Positions 61,650 to 64,000 of a stretch of 64,000 nucleotides of DNA are shown here, in pieces. The DNA comes from Podarcis liolepis. Its lineage: Eukaryota. Location: NCBI GenBank assembly GCA_965112155.1, contig OZ218100.1. The stretch is one strand, 5' to 3'. Each line of letters opens with the position of its first letter. The stretch's first letter is position 1. Position numbers and translations under genes: made by a program. The notes below the pieces were generated by a model. The model saw nothing but the letters and a program-made list of their open reading frames with translations, had not been told where the DNA came from and did not search any database.

Positions 61650-62127
61650 GTGTGTTTTGCTCCAGGTGATAGCTTTAGTAGACAGGGCGTTTTGGTTAAA
61701 GCAAGACAAGGCATTCAGGAAGGACAGCTCCATGCAGCAAGTTTAGAAAGTTGCTTCAGCAACAGATGACTCCAGACTAAACCTTAGGAAGGCTAGAGCT
61801 CCGAGTGGTTAGCTACAACCCCAGTGGGAGAAGCTCTTCCATTTAAAGGAACCCTGCCTGCTTTAGCAATTGCAAGCTCATGTGGCACTGGGCAGAGAGT
61901 GGTTCTATTGGAGCTTTTGGACTCAGAGTTGAAGGGTGGCTCAGGCCAGAGAGGTGTGGACCAAATTGCATTCTGCTGGAGTTTTCAGGGCAGTGGAAAC
62001 CACCATGGCCATGAAAAACCACCATGCTTATCTTTGTGGTAATTCCTTCCCAGGCTGAGATTCTTCCTCCAAGTCCATAGCCTCATCCTCTGAAGAAGGA
62101 AAGTTAGACCATGACTTCATGGCACAC
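61650..62127 (-). mobile_element. Possible degenerate solo LTR (Gypsy-like)
   Basis: Minus strand starts TGTGCCATGAAG, has a GAGGATGAGG...GAGGAAGAA purine-rich stretch and a central TTTAAA. 3' boundary and TSD not resolved. Confidence 0.35.
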
Positions 62128-63899
62128 AACATATCACAAATCAATGGCTCATGATGGGGATTTCTGCTCAAATAAGACTTACCACTGGGAATAGATGGCT
62201 CTCTCTCTCTAAGCCAGAATCGAGGTACCCATGGAATAACTGGGGAAGGTTTTGTTTCTGAAGACTGCCTGTTATTTCTCACTCATAAAGTTTGGCAAAG
62301 CTAGACTTTTGCATGAGGAGTTATATTGGCATGTGCAAACTGGGTACAAAATATGAAACACAAAATGCAATACGTGCAATACTGACCAGTGCAAACAGTT
62401 TTCATACACCAGTGATATTCTAAATTGTGTTTCTTGTGATATCCTGTGTCAGCAGAATTTTTATCTGAAGTATCACCCAAGGACATGTGTGCTTTTAAAT
62501 GCCATAAGTTTTTAAGCAACACTGAGCTGCACTCAGAGTTGGCTTGCATGAATGAAAAGGAACTTTCATTCATACAAGACAGCCCCCTCCCCAGTACCAG
62601 TAATTCTTCACCTTCTTGCCCCATCCCAGGGTAGCCACAGCAAGGAGAAGAGGACAGAAAAGCCTCATTTTCCATTTGAGTATTACTGGATGGAACCCTT
62701 AGATTTTGAATATTGTGATATATCTATATATCTAACTATACATAAATAGGTGAATACTTTCAATGTGATTTTAAACCTTGTTCATACTAATTATTTTTTT
62801 GCTAAATTTTAAGACTGTAGGAAGAGCAAAACCAGAGTAATTTTTTTCTCCGTACCCAAAGAAATAAATAAATGCATTAATAGTGTAATACTGACTTTTA
62901 TTCAAATAGGTATATGTAGAGAGGTATAATTCAGGCTTTGGTCTAAAACAAAACGCCAAACAGCACAAAACACAACAAAAACAATAGCAGTTTTGCAGCT
63001 TACATCATGAACCATGGTTCATTATATCATACTATAAAGCAGGTTAATGCAAGAAAGGATTTGTGTTGTTTTTAAGTACAACAGCCAGTTTCAATCTTGG
63101 CTTTGAACAAAACTACCAGCAGACACTGACAGCCATTTTGTAAGAGTCAAAATCGATGAATGTACCACTGAATTATAAAGACTAGGTCCTCCTCCTCATT
63201 GATTCAAACAACAATAAGCCCATTGACTTTAGTAGGAGGTGGATTGGGCCCTAAAAACTGTCTGTTAACTTTCTTGGATGGGTTTCTTGCTCCTTTTTGT
63301 AAGATGGATAATAAAACCGAAGTTTCTCTGAAAGGCTGCAGGGAGCTGGATTCTGAAGCACTGAGTTAGAAAATGCAGCCTTTGGGCATAGTGTGCTTTG
63401 TATTAGCTTGGTTAGGGAGAGAACAGTAAATGAAAACTAAGCAAAAATGACAAATGGATGCCTCTTTAGATTTTTGGAAGAAGAAATTCAACAGGCAAGA
63501 TGAAAATCATACTTGGTTATCAACTAAAATTGTATGTCCTGTTTTCACTGTTCCCTCTGCTCAAAGACTAAAGACTGGGATCACATGAGCAAAATGATGT
63601 TGTAACAATAACATTTCGTCATACCTGAACTGGCTCTGAGAAAGAATTCCCTGTCACCCTGGTGTAAATATTCTATATAAGCTTAAATTGGGAGGTGTTT
63701 AAAACTGCAGCTTTATTGCCATCTGTTTGTTGCTGTGGCCATCCTCCCCTCTACCCCAACCTGTTGACTTTGTGCCTGAGGCTGCAATCCTATGCATAGA
63801 AATAAATATTTACATGGAAATAAACCTCACAGAACTATTTGGACTTCATCCTGAGTAAACAAGTATAGAATCAAACTGTTAAAATGTATCAAGTTGTTG

Positions 63900-63902
<3 letters not shown>

Positions 63903-63942
<40 letters not shown>
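63903..63942. repeat. (TG)20 microsatellite
   Basis: Direct reading. Confidence 0.97.
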
Positions 63943-63943
<1 letters not shown>

Positions 63944-64000
63944 ATTCCAAAAGTTCCTGTGAAAGGGTGGAGGAGAAACCCAATTTTGTTTGCATTTTAA

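Overview
Eukaryotic, AT-rich, CpG-depleted genomic DNA from a squamate reptile. The repeat content (Sauria SINEs with (ACCTTT)n tails, BovB, CR1, L2, a CTT-tailed CORE-SINE, Tc1/mariner and hAT MITEs) points to a lacertid lizard (inference). I found no convincing host protein-coding exon, RNA gene, CpG island or CRISPR array. The listed ORFs are chance ORFs, microsatellite read-throughs or transposon fragments, so the window looks like a large intron or gene desert. The most striking structures are two fold-back Penelope-like (PLE) insertions carrying minimal hammerhead ribozyme motifs. One (29598-30220) has perfect 233-bp inverted arms inside a (TA)n tract, at the centre of a nested stack of transposons. 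The other (61017-61223) has a well-formed hammerhead and a 12-bp target-site duplication (TSD). Also notable: a Sauria SINE with a ~54-bp flanking duplication, a bipartite non-autonomous RTE element, a 77-bp hAT MITE, a probable Ngaro/DIRS remnant, and several repeat-free blocks rich in homeodomain sites that may be conserved enhancers. Family names come from motif recognition, not from a database search.
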